64,000 nucleotides of DNA from a bacterium (GTDB lineage Bacteria; UBA10199; JACPAL01; GCA-016699445). The translations under genes were made by a program, and so were the position numbers. The stretch lies in assembly GCA_035454885.1 (NCBI GenBank), contig DATIGE010000038.1, positions 55,239 to 119,238 of the forward strand. The letters run 5' to 3'. Positions 22,199 to 30,821 of this stretch are shown here, piece after piece. Below the pieces are notes generated by a model. That model searched no databases. It was not told the DNA's origin and was given only the letters and a program-made list of their open reading frames with translations. The stretch's first letter is position 1. Each line of letters starts with the position of its first letter.

Positions 22199-23154
22199 GC
22201 GATCGCCCGTTCGAGGGTCTCCTCCAGGGGCGTCGCCGTGAAGCCAAGCTCCTTCCGGGCTCGGGACGTATCGTAGTGCATCCCGTACTTGAGAAAGTCG
22301 ATGCCGACCTGGGGGAGGAGGGGCTTGGGCCGATTGAAAAAGTCCCCTACGACCTCCGAGACCATCGCGAGGACCTCCCCCACGAAGAGCGGGAGGCGGC
22401 CGAAGGGCATTCGGACCTTGGCGATCCTGCAGACCTTTTGAGCCAACTCCCAGACCGTCGTATTATGCCCCCCCAGGAGATAGCGTCGGCCGGAACGACC
22501 CTGTTTGAGGGCGGCCACTTGTCCACGGCCGACGTCCCCGGCATCGACGGCGTTCATGAGGGCGTCGAAGAGGAAGGGGACCTGGGCCTTGGCCAATGCG
22601 ACGATGAGGGCCCCCGAGGTCGGCTTGACGTCGTAGTCGCCGAAGACGCCGGTGGGATTGACGACGACGATGTGGCGTCCCTTACGCGCCGCTTCCAGGG
22701 CGAGTTGCTCTTGAAGGTATTTGATCTCGTAATACAGGCCCTTGAAATAATTCGTGTCGTACGGGGTGTCTTCGTCGGACGGCGACCCGTCCGCCGTCTT
22801 TCCGATCGCGCTCATCGAGCTCGTGTAGACGGTTTTTTCGACCCCCGCTTCCGCCGCGGCCTCCAGGACGTTCGTCATTTGGGCCAGCGCCGTCCTTTTC
22901 TGGGGTTTGCGGTTGAGCGAATAGAGGGGGTAGTAGCCCGCGACGTGAAAGAGGGCCTGGCAGCCCTTCATGCCCTGGATCAACGATTTCTTGTCGTCGA
23001 GATCCCCCATGACCCGCTCGACGTGCAATCCTTCCAAGGCGAGGGACGGGCTCGTGCCCCGGCTCAAGACGCGGACGTCGATCCCTTCCTGCGCGAGGGA
23101 GCGCGCGACGTGGGAACCGATGAAACCGGTTGCGCCGAGGACGATGGCTTTCAT
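22171..23154 (-). CDS. NAD-dependent epimerase/dehydratase family protein (SDR; HpnA/dihydroflavonol-reductase-like)
   Basis: Start taken at MKAIVLGATGFIGSHVARSL (GxxGxxG Rossmann motif) rather than upstream Met of ORF 22171..23220. YxxxK present (YYEIKYLQEQ). Confidence 0.8.
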   Translation of the reverse strand: MKAIVLGATGFIGSHVARSLAQEGIDVRVLSRGTSPSLALEGLHVERVMGDLDDKKSLIQGMKGCQALFHVAGYYPLYSLNRKPQKRTALAQMTNVLEAAAEAGVEKTVYTSSMSAIGKTADGSPSDEDTPYDTNYFKGLYYEIKYLQEQLALEAARKGRHIVVVNPTGVFGDYDVKPTSGALIVALAKAQVPFLFDALMNAVDAGDVGRGQVAALKQGRSGRRYLLGGHNTTVWELAQKVCRIAKVRMPFGRLPLFVGEVLAMVSEVVGDFFNRPKPLLPQVGIDFLKYGMHYDTSRARKELGFTATPLEETLERAIAWFRKHRYL

Positions 23155-23173
23155 AGGGTGAGTCGAGGCTAGA

Positions 23174-24178
23174 TTGAAACCGGCAACCTGGCAATCGAAA
23201 CTCCTGGCGTGGTACCGCAAGAACCGTCGCGATCTTCCGTGGCGTCGGACGAAGGACCCCTACGCCATCTGGGTCTCGGAGATCATGCTGCAGCAAACCA
23301 CCGTCGAGGCCGTCATCCCTTACTACGAGCGCTTTCTGAAACGATTCCCGACGGTGAAGGCGTTGGCCGCCGGTTCCGAAGAAGACGTCCTGAGGCTCTG
23401 GTCGGGGCTCGGTTATTATTCGCGGGCGAGGAACCTGCACAGGGCGGCGGGGATGATCGTGGAATTGCCCGGCTCGGTCGAAGAATTGATGAAATTACCC
23501 GGTATCGGCCGCTACACCGCCGGCGCCATCGCCTCCATCGCTTTCGGTCGGAAGGCGCCGATCGTCGACGGCAACGTCATCCGCGTCCTCTCGCGGATCT
23601 TCGCGATCCGCGAAGATCCGAAATCGTCCGCAGGTCAAAAAGTGTTTTGGGGAATGGCCCAGCAAATCCTGCCGCACAAGCATTGCGGAGATTTCAATCA
23701 GGCCGTCATGGAGTTGGGCGCAACGGTCTGTTCGCCCGAAAATCCCTCCTGCCTTTCTTGCCCCGTTTCGACGGATTGCCTCGCCCGGAAGAAGGGAAGG
23801 CCCGAAGAATTCCCCAAAGGAAAGAAAAGGACGGAGTACCGCGACGTCCTCATGGTTGCGGCTGTCGTCCGGAAGGAAGGCAGGATTCTTTTTGTGCGGC
23901 GTCCTCAACAAGGTCTTCTCCGCGGGATGTGGGAGCTGCCCATGGTGACGGGGGATTCTCGGGATTTAGGGAAAGATTGGCCGGTGGACGTGGCTCGCGC
24001 GCTGCCAATGGTCCGTCACTCCGTCCTCAACCGTCGCCTCAAGATCTTACCGTTTCTCTGCGAACTCCGGGGGACCGCCTCCTGGCCTTGTGAGCACCGT
24101 TGGACCCGCCTTTCGGAGGTGGATTCCCTCCCCACCTCCTCCATGAACCGGAAAATCCTCAAGCATCTCAGAGACTAA
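23174..24178 (+). CDS. mutY: A/G-specific adenine DNA glycosylase
   Basis: 334 aa. HhH-GPD domain (LPGIGRYTAGAIASIAFG). FeS cluster cysteines CSPENPSCLSCPVSTDC. C-terminal NUDIX-like domain. Confidence 0.85.
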   Translation: MKPATWQSKLLAWYRKNRRDLPWRRTKDPYAIWVSEIMLQQTTVEAVIPYYERFLKRFPTVKALAAGSEEDVLRLWSGLGYYSRARNLHRAAGMIVELPGSVEELMKLPGIGRYTAGAIASIAFGRKAPIVDGNVIRVLSRIFAIREDPKSSAGQKVFWGMAQQILPHKHCGDFNQAVMELGATVCSPENPSCLSCPVSTDCLARKKGRPEEFPKGKKRTEYRDVLMVAAVVRKEGRILFVRRPQQGLLRGMWELPMVTGDSRDLGKDWPVDVARALPMVRHSVLNRRLKILPFLCELRGTASWPCEHRWTRLSEVDSLPTSSMNRKILKHLRD

Positions 24179-24278
24179 GGAGAGTGTTATCATTTTGATA
24201 ATAATGCTGATACTCGGCCTAAAAAAATATGCATTTCAAGAAACTACAGAGTACTATTTGGCCGATAATTGAAGATAT

Positions 24279-25025
24279 ATGTCAAAAATTTCGTCATCGG
24301 CGGCCGAGTATCAGTTTGTGGAGATTCGGGACAACGGCGACGGGATTGTCGGGAAAGGGGATCGGGTCGTTTTCAGGGATGAGGGGGGCCGTCGCCGCGA
24401 GTATGGCATCAGCGATCGCTACGTGCGGGGATTCCTCTCGAATCTGGGTGTGGCCAAGATCAGCGGTCTCACGGTCGGCCGCGCCCAGGCTTATATCCAG
24501 TACCAGGCGTTACGGCAGCTGGCAGAGAGATCTTCCAGGGAAGGAAATTCCGAAGAGTTGGCCCGCGCTTCCAATCAAATGAGGGGATTGGCCGTGAACG
24601 CGGGGATGACCTTCGACCGGAATTGGTCTGACTCCCTGTTCATTACGGCGTATTTGAACAGCGCCGGGAACTATGCCGAGGCGCCGAGTACAATGGGAAT
24701 CATCATGGCCAATGCCGGCATCGGTGACGCCCGCCATTTGGCCAGGATTCTCTTTGAGCGCGGCGGACCCGATCTGAGGGCACAGGTCAGAGACCGGGCG
24801 GCCGAGATCGTGAACCGCACGATGGAGAACGCCCTTCGGAGGGCCGACGAGGCAGCACTCCGGGGCGATGCCGCCGCCGTTGATGAGTGGCTCCATACGG
24901 CGGAAGGTTTCGTGACGGAGCATGCCGGCCAGGATTTCGCATCGTGGTCGACATATAGCACCCGGGCGGACCAAATTCGCGATCATCCCCGCGTTACGAC
25001 GGCTCTTCTTGTTCCGAGACGGTAG
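24279..25025 (+). CDS. Hypothetical protein
   Basis: 248 aa ORF immediately downstream of a ~110 nt AT-rich segment. No recognisable motifs. Confidence 0.45.
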   Translation: MSKISSSAAEYQFVEIRDNGDGIVGKGDRVVFRDEGGRRREYGISDRYVRGFLSNLGVAKISGLTVGRAQAYIQYQALRQLAERSSREGNSEELARASNQMRGLAVNAGMTFDRNWSDSLFITAYLNSAGNYAEAPSTMGIIMANAGIGDARHLARILFERGGPDLRAQVRDRAAEIVNRTMENALRRADEAALRGDAAAVDEWLHTAEGFVTEHAGQDFASWSTYSTRADQIRDHPRVTTALLVPRR

Positions 25026-25055
25026 GCGATTTTCCTTTTTGGCCGCCTTTTCCCC

Positions 25056-26177
25056 TCATTTCGGCATTTCGGGAGGAGCGACCACGGGGTAGGGGTTGCC
25101 GTCCAGGGCTTTCAGGAACGCCACCAAATCGGTTTTTTCCTGAGCGGTCAGATTCAACGCCTCCATCCGCACATCCAAATTGGGATTCTTGGTGCCCCCC
25201 CGGTTGTAGAACTCGACCACGTCCTCCAGAGTTTTTTCCGAGCCGTCATGCATGTACGGGGCCGTCTTCGTGACGTCTCGCACCGTCGGCGTCTTGAACG
25301 CGCCCATGTCTTCCTTCGCCTTGGTGACCGCAAAGCGTCCCTGATCGGGTTTGGGCTTGTTCTGTCCGACCCCCAGGTTGTGGAACATGCTGTCCGAAAA
25401 ATTCGGGCCCGCGTGGCAGCGCGTGCAGAGGGCCTTTCCGAAGAAGAGGTCGCGGCCGCGGATATCCTGTTCCGTCATCGCCGTCTTGTCGCCGAAGGTC
25501 CACCGGTCGTAGCGGGAATTGCCGCTCAAGACCGTCCTTTCGAACGATGCGATCGCCTGGGCGATGCGTTCCTTGGTGATGGCCTCATCGCCGAACGCCT
25601 TCTTGAAGTACGGCGCGTAGCCCGGGATCGACTTGCAGGTGGAGACCATGACCTCGTGCGAGGGGAGCCCCATCTCCACCGGATTGACGACGGGTCCCAG
25701 CGCCTGCTCCTCCAGCGTGGCCGCCCGGCCGTCCCAGAATTGCAGGGCCATGTAGGTGGCGTTCACCACCGTCGGCGCGCTCACCGTGCCCTTCTTGCCG
25801 TGAATGCCCGCGGAGACGGGTTCGTTGTCCGTCCATCCCTGGCGGGGGTTGTGGCAGGTCGCGCAGGAGACCTTTCCGTCGGCCGAGAAACGCGCGTCGA
25901 AATAAAGCAGCCTTCCCAACTCCGCCTTCTCGGGCGTCAAAGGATTGTCGGCGGGGATGTTCAGGTTTTCGTTGTCCAGGCCCAGGGGGACTTGGAGCCA
26001 GGGGGCCTCTTTGGAAGGATTCGAGGTCGGGATGGTTGGCGCCGTTTCGGGCGAAGGAGCGGGGGCTGCCGCCGCGGGCCCGGTGGCGGCAGGCTGGGTC
26101 GCCGGGGGCGCTTCGGTTTTTGGCGCGCAGGCGGCCACGGCTGCGATCAGTGCGAGTCCGGTGAGGATGTTTTTCAC
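25056..26177 (-). CDS. Di-haem cytochrome c peroxidase (CCP/MauG family), lipoprotein
   Basis: 373 aa. Lipobox LIAAVAAC. Two haem-binding motifs CATCH and CTRCH. Conserved ...FWDGRA...PYMHDG.... Confidence 0.85.
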   Translation of the reverse strand: MKNILTGLALIAAVAACAPKTEAPPATQPAATGPAAAAPAPSPETAPTIPTSNPSKEAPWLQVPLGLDNENLNIPADNPLTPEKAELGRLLYFDARFSADGKVSCATCHNPRQGWTDNEPVSAGIHGKKGTVSAPTVVNATYMALQFWDGRAATLEEQALGPVVNPVEMGLPSHEVMVSTCKSIPGYAPYFKKAFGDEAITKERIAQAIASFERTVLSGNSRYDRWTFGDKTAMTEQDIRGRDLFFGKALCTRCHAGPNFSDSMFHNLGVGQNKPKPDQGRFAVTKAKEDMGAFKTPTVRDVTKTAPYMHDGSEKTLEDVVEFYNRGGTKNPNLDVRMEALNLTAQEKTDLVAFLKALDGNPYPVVAPPEMPK

Positions 26178-26268
26178 GTTTCAGATCCTCCAAGAAGTTT
26201 AAGTCGTGAATCGCACAGAGTGCGATTTCCCCCTGGAGGTTTCTTACCCGATTTGAGATGGATTTTGA

Positions 26269-27477
26269 ATGAAGAAAATCGTCCCGTTCCTCTGCCTCTG
26301 GGTCGCCCTCTGCGGGTTTGCCCTCAATCCCTTCGGCTGTTCTTCGTCCAAGAAGGACGTCGTCGTCTTCACGCCCGTGGGGGCGTCGTTCGGAACCGCG
26401 AACCTGATCGATCTGGAGTTTTTGCCGGGTACGGACGGAGAGGCGGTCGTCATCGCCAAGGACGGGACGGTTTTTTACATGACGAAGGACTTCGCGCCGC
26501 TGGCTCAAACGGTGACCGTGGGAGTTCTCGACGAAGACGAACAGGGCCTTTTGAACGTCGTCGCCGACCCGGGCTACGCGGATAATCATTTTATCTATTT
26601 GTACGGCACGTTGCCGACGGGCGACGGCAACCACCTGGGCCGCTACACGGTGGCGGTGGACATCTCCGCCGGCACCTTCGATCTGACCGATCCCCAGGCG
26701 GTCGAAATCTTCTCGAAAACGGCTTCCCCGGACTTCGACGGCCACCACAACGGCGGCGGCCTGGTCTTTGGCTCCGACGGCGCGCTTTATTTGGGCGTCG
26801 GGGACGGCGGCGGCGCGGGCGGGCCCGATACCATTCTCGCCCTCGCCCAGGACGGCACGAATCCCCTGGGCAAGATCCATCGCATCCTTCCCAACCGGAA
26901 TCCGGGCGAGGGCGGGGCCCTCGTCTCGGAGATCCACGGGCGGGGGTTCCGAAATCCCTTCACGCTGGCGGTGGGGCCGGCCGGTCTTTTCGTCGGCGAC
27001 GTCGGCTCGACGCGGGTGGAGGAGGTCGATCTCCTGCCCGAACCGGGACTCAACTTCGGCTGGCCCATCACCGAGGGGCCGTCGAGCCTCTTCACTTACG
27101 TGAATCCCGTCCACTCCTACGAGCACACGGACAACAAATTCGCGAAGGAAGACCCGACGGAGAGCGACTTTGACGTCATCGAAGGAGACGCCGATGAGAC
27201 TTCGAATCCCCAGTCCGTCATTGTCGGGGCCTTCTACGAAGGCGGCCAGTATGACGGAAAGCTCGACGGCCGCCTGATCTACAGCGACTTCTTCCAGGGC
27301 TGGGTGCGCGGCTTCAAGCTCAAGGAGGGCGACGAGGGTCTCACGATCGATGACGACAAGCACCTGGGCCATTTGAACGGGCTGACGTCCCTCCAAAAGG
27401 GGCCGGACGGGTTCTTATACGCAATTTCGCTCTTCGGGTCGGATCATGTCTTGCGGGTGGATTTGGCGGGGCATTAG
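26269..27477 (+). CDS. PQQ-dependent sugar dehydrogenase (soluble glucose/sorbosone dehydrogenase-like beta-propeller), lipoprotein
   Basis: 402 aa. Signal MKKIVPFLCLWVALCGFALNPFGCSS. HHNGGGLVFGSDGALYLGVGDGG and RGFRNPF motifs typical of GSDH family. Confidence 0.75.
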   Translation: MKKIVPFLCLWVALCGFALNPFGCSSSKKDVVVFTPVGASFGTANLIDLEFLPGTDGEAVVIAKDGTVFYMTKDFAPLAQTVTVGVLDEDEQGLLNVVADPGYADNHFIYLYGTLPTGDGNHLGRYTVAVDISAGTFDLTDPQAVEIFSKTASPDFDGHHNGGGLVFGSDGALYLGVGDGGGAGGPDTILALAQDGTNPLGKIHRILPNRNPGEGGALVSEIHGRGFRNPFTLAVGPAGLFVGDVGSTRVEEVDLLPEPGLNFGWPITEGPSSLFTYVNPVHSYEHTDNKFAKEDPTESDFDVIEGDADETSNPQSVIVGAFYEGGQYDGKLDGRLIYSDFFQGWVRGFKLKEGDEGLTIDDDKHLGHLNGLTSLQKGPDGFLYAISLFGSDHVLRVDLAGH

Positions 27478-27941
27478 GATTTTTTCAGACACGCAGGCAT
27501 CAAACTCATCACCGCACGCCGGTAAAAGATCAACGTTAGGACGAAAATAGGCCCGTCGCAGAAGACCGATCCCATCAGATAATTGAAATACGGCCGGTCC
27601 CAGAAGAAGGCCGAAAGCATCACGGAGGTCGACGTGAGCTTCGAGACGAGGAGAAAACTCGTGAGGACCAGGTTCGCCCGTACGTCCTTTTGGATGTAAT
27701 AGGCGATCATCGTGATCGTCGCCATCATGGAGACGGTGAGCGAGAGCCAGAACTTCTCCACGGGGAGCGGCATCGCGGGCAGGCCCCATTTCATGATCTC
27801 CACGGAGAAATAGTTGCCGGAGTAGAGGATCCAATCGCCGAAGAGGAGGAAGGCCACGGCGCCCGCGCCGAAGAGAAAGGTCCAAAGCCGCATGAGGGTC
27901 CGAAGCTGGCGTTCCTGGGGGGTAAGGGAAATCTCATTCAT
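27474..27941 (-). CDS. Hypothetical integral membrane protein (4 predicted TM helices)
   Basis: 155 aa with four hydrophobic segments. Overlaps stop of upstream convergent gene by 4 nt. Confidence 0.5.
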   Translation of the reverse strand: MNEISLTPQERQLRTLMRLWTFLFGAGAVAFLLFGDWILYSGNYFSVEIMKWGLPAMPLPVEKFWLSLTVSMMATITMIAYYIQKDVRANLVLTSFLLVSKLTSTSVMLSAFFWDRPYFNYLMGSVFCDGPIFVLTLIFYRRAVMSLMPACLKKS

Positions 27942-28145
27942 GTCGGCACCTTAGATCACACGCCTGCGCGTGTGAAAGGCAAAAAAGTTCTTGCCAGTGT
28001 TCCGGGGATTTCTTATGAACGGCCCTCAAGAGACGTGGTCGTTTGATGTACGAAGGCTTTTTAATGCAGGTGAGTTCATCTCCCCGTGGGGCATCCCGCC
28101 TCAATCCTCTCGTTTCAAAAAACGGCAGCGTAAAAGGAGGACAGT

Positions 28146-28355
28146 ATGTCCAAACAAAAAGGAACCGTTAAGTGGTTCAATGACGCCAAAGGCTACGGCT
28201 TCATCACGCCCGACGGCGGCGGCAAGGACCTCTTCGTTCACCACACGAACATCCAGGGCGAAGGCTACAAGTCGCTCGCGGAAGGCCAGCCGGTCGAGTT
28301 CAGCGTCGGACAAGGCCCCAAGGGCGAGTTCGCCACCGAGGTCGCGAAGGCTTAA
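28146..28355 (+). CDS. Cold-shock protein (CspA family)
   Basis: 69 aa [37 protein letters not shown]... with RNP1/RNP2 motifs. AAAGGAGGA RBS. About 170-nt 5' UTR typical of csp genes. Confidence 0.9.
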   Translation: MSKQKGTVKWFNDAKGYGFITPDGGGKDLFVHHTNIQGEGYKSLAEGQPVEFSVGQGPKGEFATEVAKA

Positions 28356-28374
28356 CTTCAAAATCTCTTGCGCA

Positions 28375-28414
28375 AAACCGCTCCGTCCCGTTTGGGGCGG
28401 AGCGGTTTTTTTTT
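28375..28414. terminator. Bidirectional rho-independent terminator between csp (+) and GIY-YIG gene (-)
   Basis: aaaaccgctccg-loop-cggagcggtttttttttt. Stem with T-run on + strand and A/T run on - strand. Confidence 0.7.
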
Positions 28415-28730
28415 ACCGGGTCAGATCCAGTTTCTTATCGCGCGGCAGGGCCTTGACCGCGCATTCGCGGATCAAGGCCTCCGAACGGTTCGCGCATCGC
28501 TCATAGTAGAGGAGTTTGACGGGACGGCGCGTCCGCGTGTAGCTGGCTCCCTTGCCGTCGTTATGCTTCCGCACGCGGCGGAGAATGTCGTTGGTGATGC
28601 CTGTGTAGAGGGACCCGTCGTTGCATTCGACAAGGTAGACGAACCAGGGCTCGGAGGAGGGGGCCGTTCCCGCCCCTTTTTCCTTGAGTCCCTGGAGCAT
28701 CCGTCGATAGGTTGGTTTCACCGTGATCAA
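28413..28730 (-). CDS. GIY-YIG nuclease family protein (UPF0213-like)
   Basis: 105 aa. WFVYLVECNDGSLYTGITNDILRRVRKHNDGKGASYTRTRRPVKLLYYE is a GIY-YIG motif. Confidence 0.8.
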   Translation of the reverse strand: MITVKPTYRRMLQGLKEKGAGTAPSSEPWFVYLVECNDGSLYTGITNDILRRVRKHNDGKGASYTRTRRPVKLLYYERCANRSEALIRECAVKALPRDKKLDLTR

Positions 28731-30582
28731 GATACAGAATCTCCATAAACAGTACGGCGCTCAAGTCCTTTTTGACGACGCCTCACTTCAGATGGGACCG
28801 GGAGAGCGCTTAGGGTTAGTGGGCCGGAACGGGCACGGCAAGTCCACGCTCTTGCGGATCATTTTGGGCGAGGATGAGGCGGACGAGGGCTCCGTCGTAC
28901 TGCCCCGCGGCTACCGTCTCGGCCACCTGGCCCAGCACATCCGTTTCTCGAGGCCGACGGTCCTGGAGGAGGGCTGTCTCGGGCTCCCGGAGGGCGAGGA
29001 GCACGACTCTTATAAGGTGGAGCGCATCCTCTTCGGCCTGGGCTTCACCAAGGAGGACATGGACCGCCCTCCGGAGGAATTCTCAGGCGGCTATCAAGTG
29101 CGCCTCAACCTCGCCAAGGTCCTGGTCTCGCACCCGAATCTGCTCCTTTTGGACGAGCCCACCAACTACCTGGACATCGTCTCCATCCGCTGGATCACGA
29201 AGTTCCTCCGGGCCTGGGAGGGCGAGATGATCCTCATTTCCCACGACCGGGAGTTCATGGATTCCGTGACGACGCATACGGCGGCGATCCACCGGCAAAA
29301 GATCAAGAAGGTGCAGGGCGGGACCGAGAAGCTCTACGCCCAGATCGCCCAGGAGGAGGAGATCCACGAGAAGACGCGCGTCAACGAGGAGAAGAGGCGG
29401 CAGCAGATCGAGGCCTTCGTGACGCGCTTCAAGGCCAAGGCCTCCAAGGCCGCGGCGGCCCAGTCCCGGGTCAAGATGCTGGAGAAGATGCCCAGCCGAG
29501 AGGTGTTGGCGCGGATCGCGGATCTGGACTTCGAGTTCCGTTACGCCCCGTTCGAGGCGAAGACGATCTTGGAGGCCCAGGGGCTCTCGTTCGGATTCGA
29601 CGAGGAATTGTTCCATGACTTGAATCTCACGATCGGCGCCAAGGACCGCATCGCCGTCATCGGCAAGAACGGCAAGGGCAAGTCGACGCTCTTGAACGTG
29701 CTCGCCGGGGAATTCGCTCCCAAGTCGGGCAGTATCCGCACCCATCCGAACATGAAGCTCGGCTACTTCGGCCAGACCAACATCGACCGGCTGCATCCGA
29801 AGCTGACGGTCGAGGAGGAGATCGGCAACGCGAACCTCGAGCTCAGCCGCACGAGCGTGCGCGGGATCTGCGGCATCATGATGTTTTCGGGGGAGGCGGC
29901 GGAGAAGCGCGTCTCGGTCCTCTCCGGCGGCGAAAAAAGCCGCGTCCTCTTGGGCAAGATCCTGGCCTCGCCCGCGAACCTCCTTTTCTTGGACGAGCCG
30001 ACCAACCACCTGGACATGCAGTCGATCGAGGCCTTGGTGGACGCCATCGACCTCTTCGAGGGCGCGGTCGTCATCGTGACCCACAGCGAGATGATCCTCC
30101 GGGAAGTGGCGACCAAGCTGGTGGTCTTCCAGCACGGAGACGCCGAGGTCTTCAACGGGACCTACGCGGAGTTCTTGGACAAGATCGGTTGGGAAGAGGA
30201 ATCGACGGATGGTAGGGGCACGGCGCGCCGTGCCCCTACGGCGGCGCCGCCGATTCCACAGGAACCCGTCAACAAGAAGGAATCCCGGAAGAAAAGAGCC
30301 GACGTCATCGCCGAGAAATCCAGAATCTTAACGCCGCTGAAGAAGGAAATGGAAACCCTCGAGGCGGACATCTGCCGCCTGGAGTCAGAGCAGGCCGCCG
30401 TGAATCAAGAGCTGGCGGCGGCTTCCGAGGGCAAGAACATCGACGCCTTCGTGAGGCTCTCGAAGAAGATGAAGGAGATCCAGGACGAGATCGAGGAGAA
30501 ATTCGGGCGTTTGGAAACGGCGACCAAGAAGCACGACGAGAAGAGCCGCAAGTACGAGGCGCTCCTCGAGGAGGCGCCGTGA
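28723..30582 (+). CDS. ABC-F family ATPase (two ABC domains, no TM; YheS/Uup-like) with C-terminal coiled coil
   Basis: 619 aa. Two Walker A motifs (GRNGHGKST, GKNGKGKST). Two LSGG signatures. Lys/Glu-rich C-terminal tail. Confidence 0.85.
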   Translation: MIKIQNLHKQYGAQVLFDDASLQMGPGERLGLVGRNGHGKSTLLRIILGEDEADEGSVVLPRGYRLGHLAQHIRFSRPTVLEEGCLGLPEGEEHDSYKVERILFGLGFTKEDMDRPPEEFSGGYQVRLNLAKVLVSHPNLLLLDEPTNYLDIVSIRWITKFLRAWEGEMILISHDREFMDSVTTHTAAIHRQKIKKVQGGTEKLYAQIAQEEEIHEKTRVNEEKRRQQIEAFVTRFKAKASKAAAAQSRVKMLEKMPSREVLARIADLDFEFRYAPFEAKTILEAQGLSFGFDEELFHDLNLTIGAKDRIAVIGKNGKGKSTLLNVLAGEFAPKSGSIRTHPNMKLGYFGQTNIDRLHPKLTVEEEIGNANLELSRTSVRGICGIMMFSGEAAEKRVSVLSGGEKSRVLLGKILASPANLLFLDEPTNHLDMQSIEALVDAIDLFEGAVVIVTHSEMILREVATKLVVFQHGDAEVFNGTYAEFLDKIGWEEESTDGRGTARRAPTAAPPIPQEPVNKKESRKKRADVIAEKSRILTPLKKEMETLEADICRLESEQAAVNQELAAASEGKNIDAFVRLSKKMKEIQDEIEEKFGRLETATKKHDEKSRKYEALLEEAP

Positions 30583-30821
30583 TCCGTTTTCTCATCTTTT
30601 TGGGGCTTCTCTATGTGCTCTATCTGGTGATCACCAGGCCCATGAACGACCTGTTCGGCAAAAACCCCCGTTTCAAATTCCGCAAACCGAAACCGGAGCC
30701 CAAGAGACCGAGGCTGGAGGCGGAGGAGATGGCCGCCTGCGAGCTCTGCGGCACGTTCATCTCACGGCGCGAGGGCGAGATCCGCGACGGCAAGTTCGTC
30801 TGCAAGCCGCATTGTCATTAA
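30579..30821 (+). CDS. Small membrane-anchored zinc-ribbon protein (hypothetical)
   Basis: 80 aa. N-terminal TM (IRFLIFLGLLYVLYLVI), Lys/Pro-rich linker, C-terminal CELCGTF...FVCKPHCH. Overlaps both flanking ABC-F genes by 4 nt. Confidence 0.5.
   Translation: MIRFLIFLGLLYVLYLVITRPMNDLFGKNPRFKFRKPKPEPKRPRLEAEEMAACELCGTFISRREGEIRDGKFVCKPHCH

Noticed and set aside
22183-23172. 329-aa plus ORF, plus 22682..23440 minus and 23209..24093 plus ORFs
   Set aside because: Overlap and antisense or out-of-frame to the epimerase and mutY genes. Arg/Gly/Pro-rich.
25248-27396. Long ORFs 25248..26585 (+) and 25585..27396 (-)
   Set aside because: Out-of-frame or antisense shadows of the cytochrome c peroxidase and sugar dehydrogenase genes. 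Low-complexity Arg/Gly-rich.
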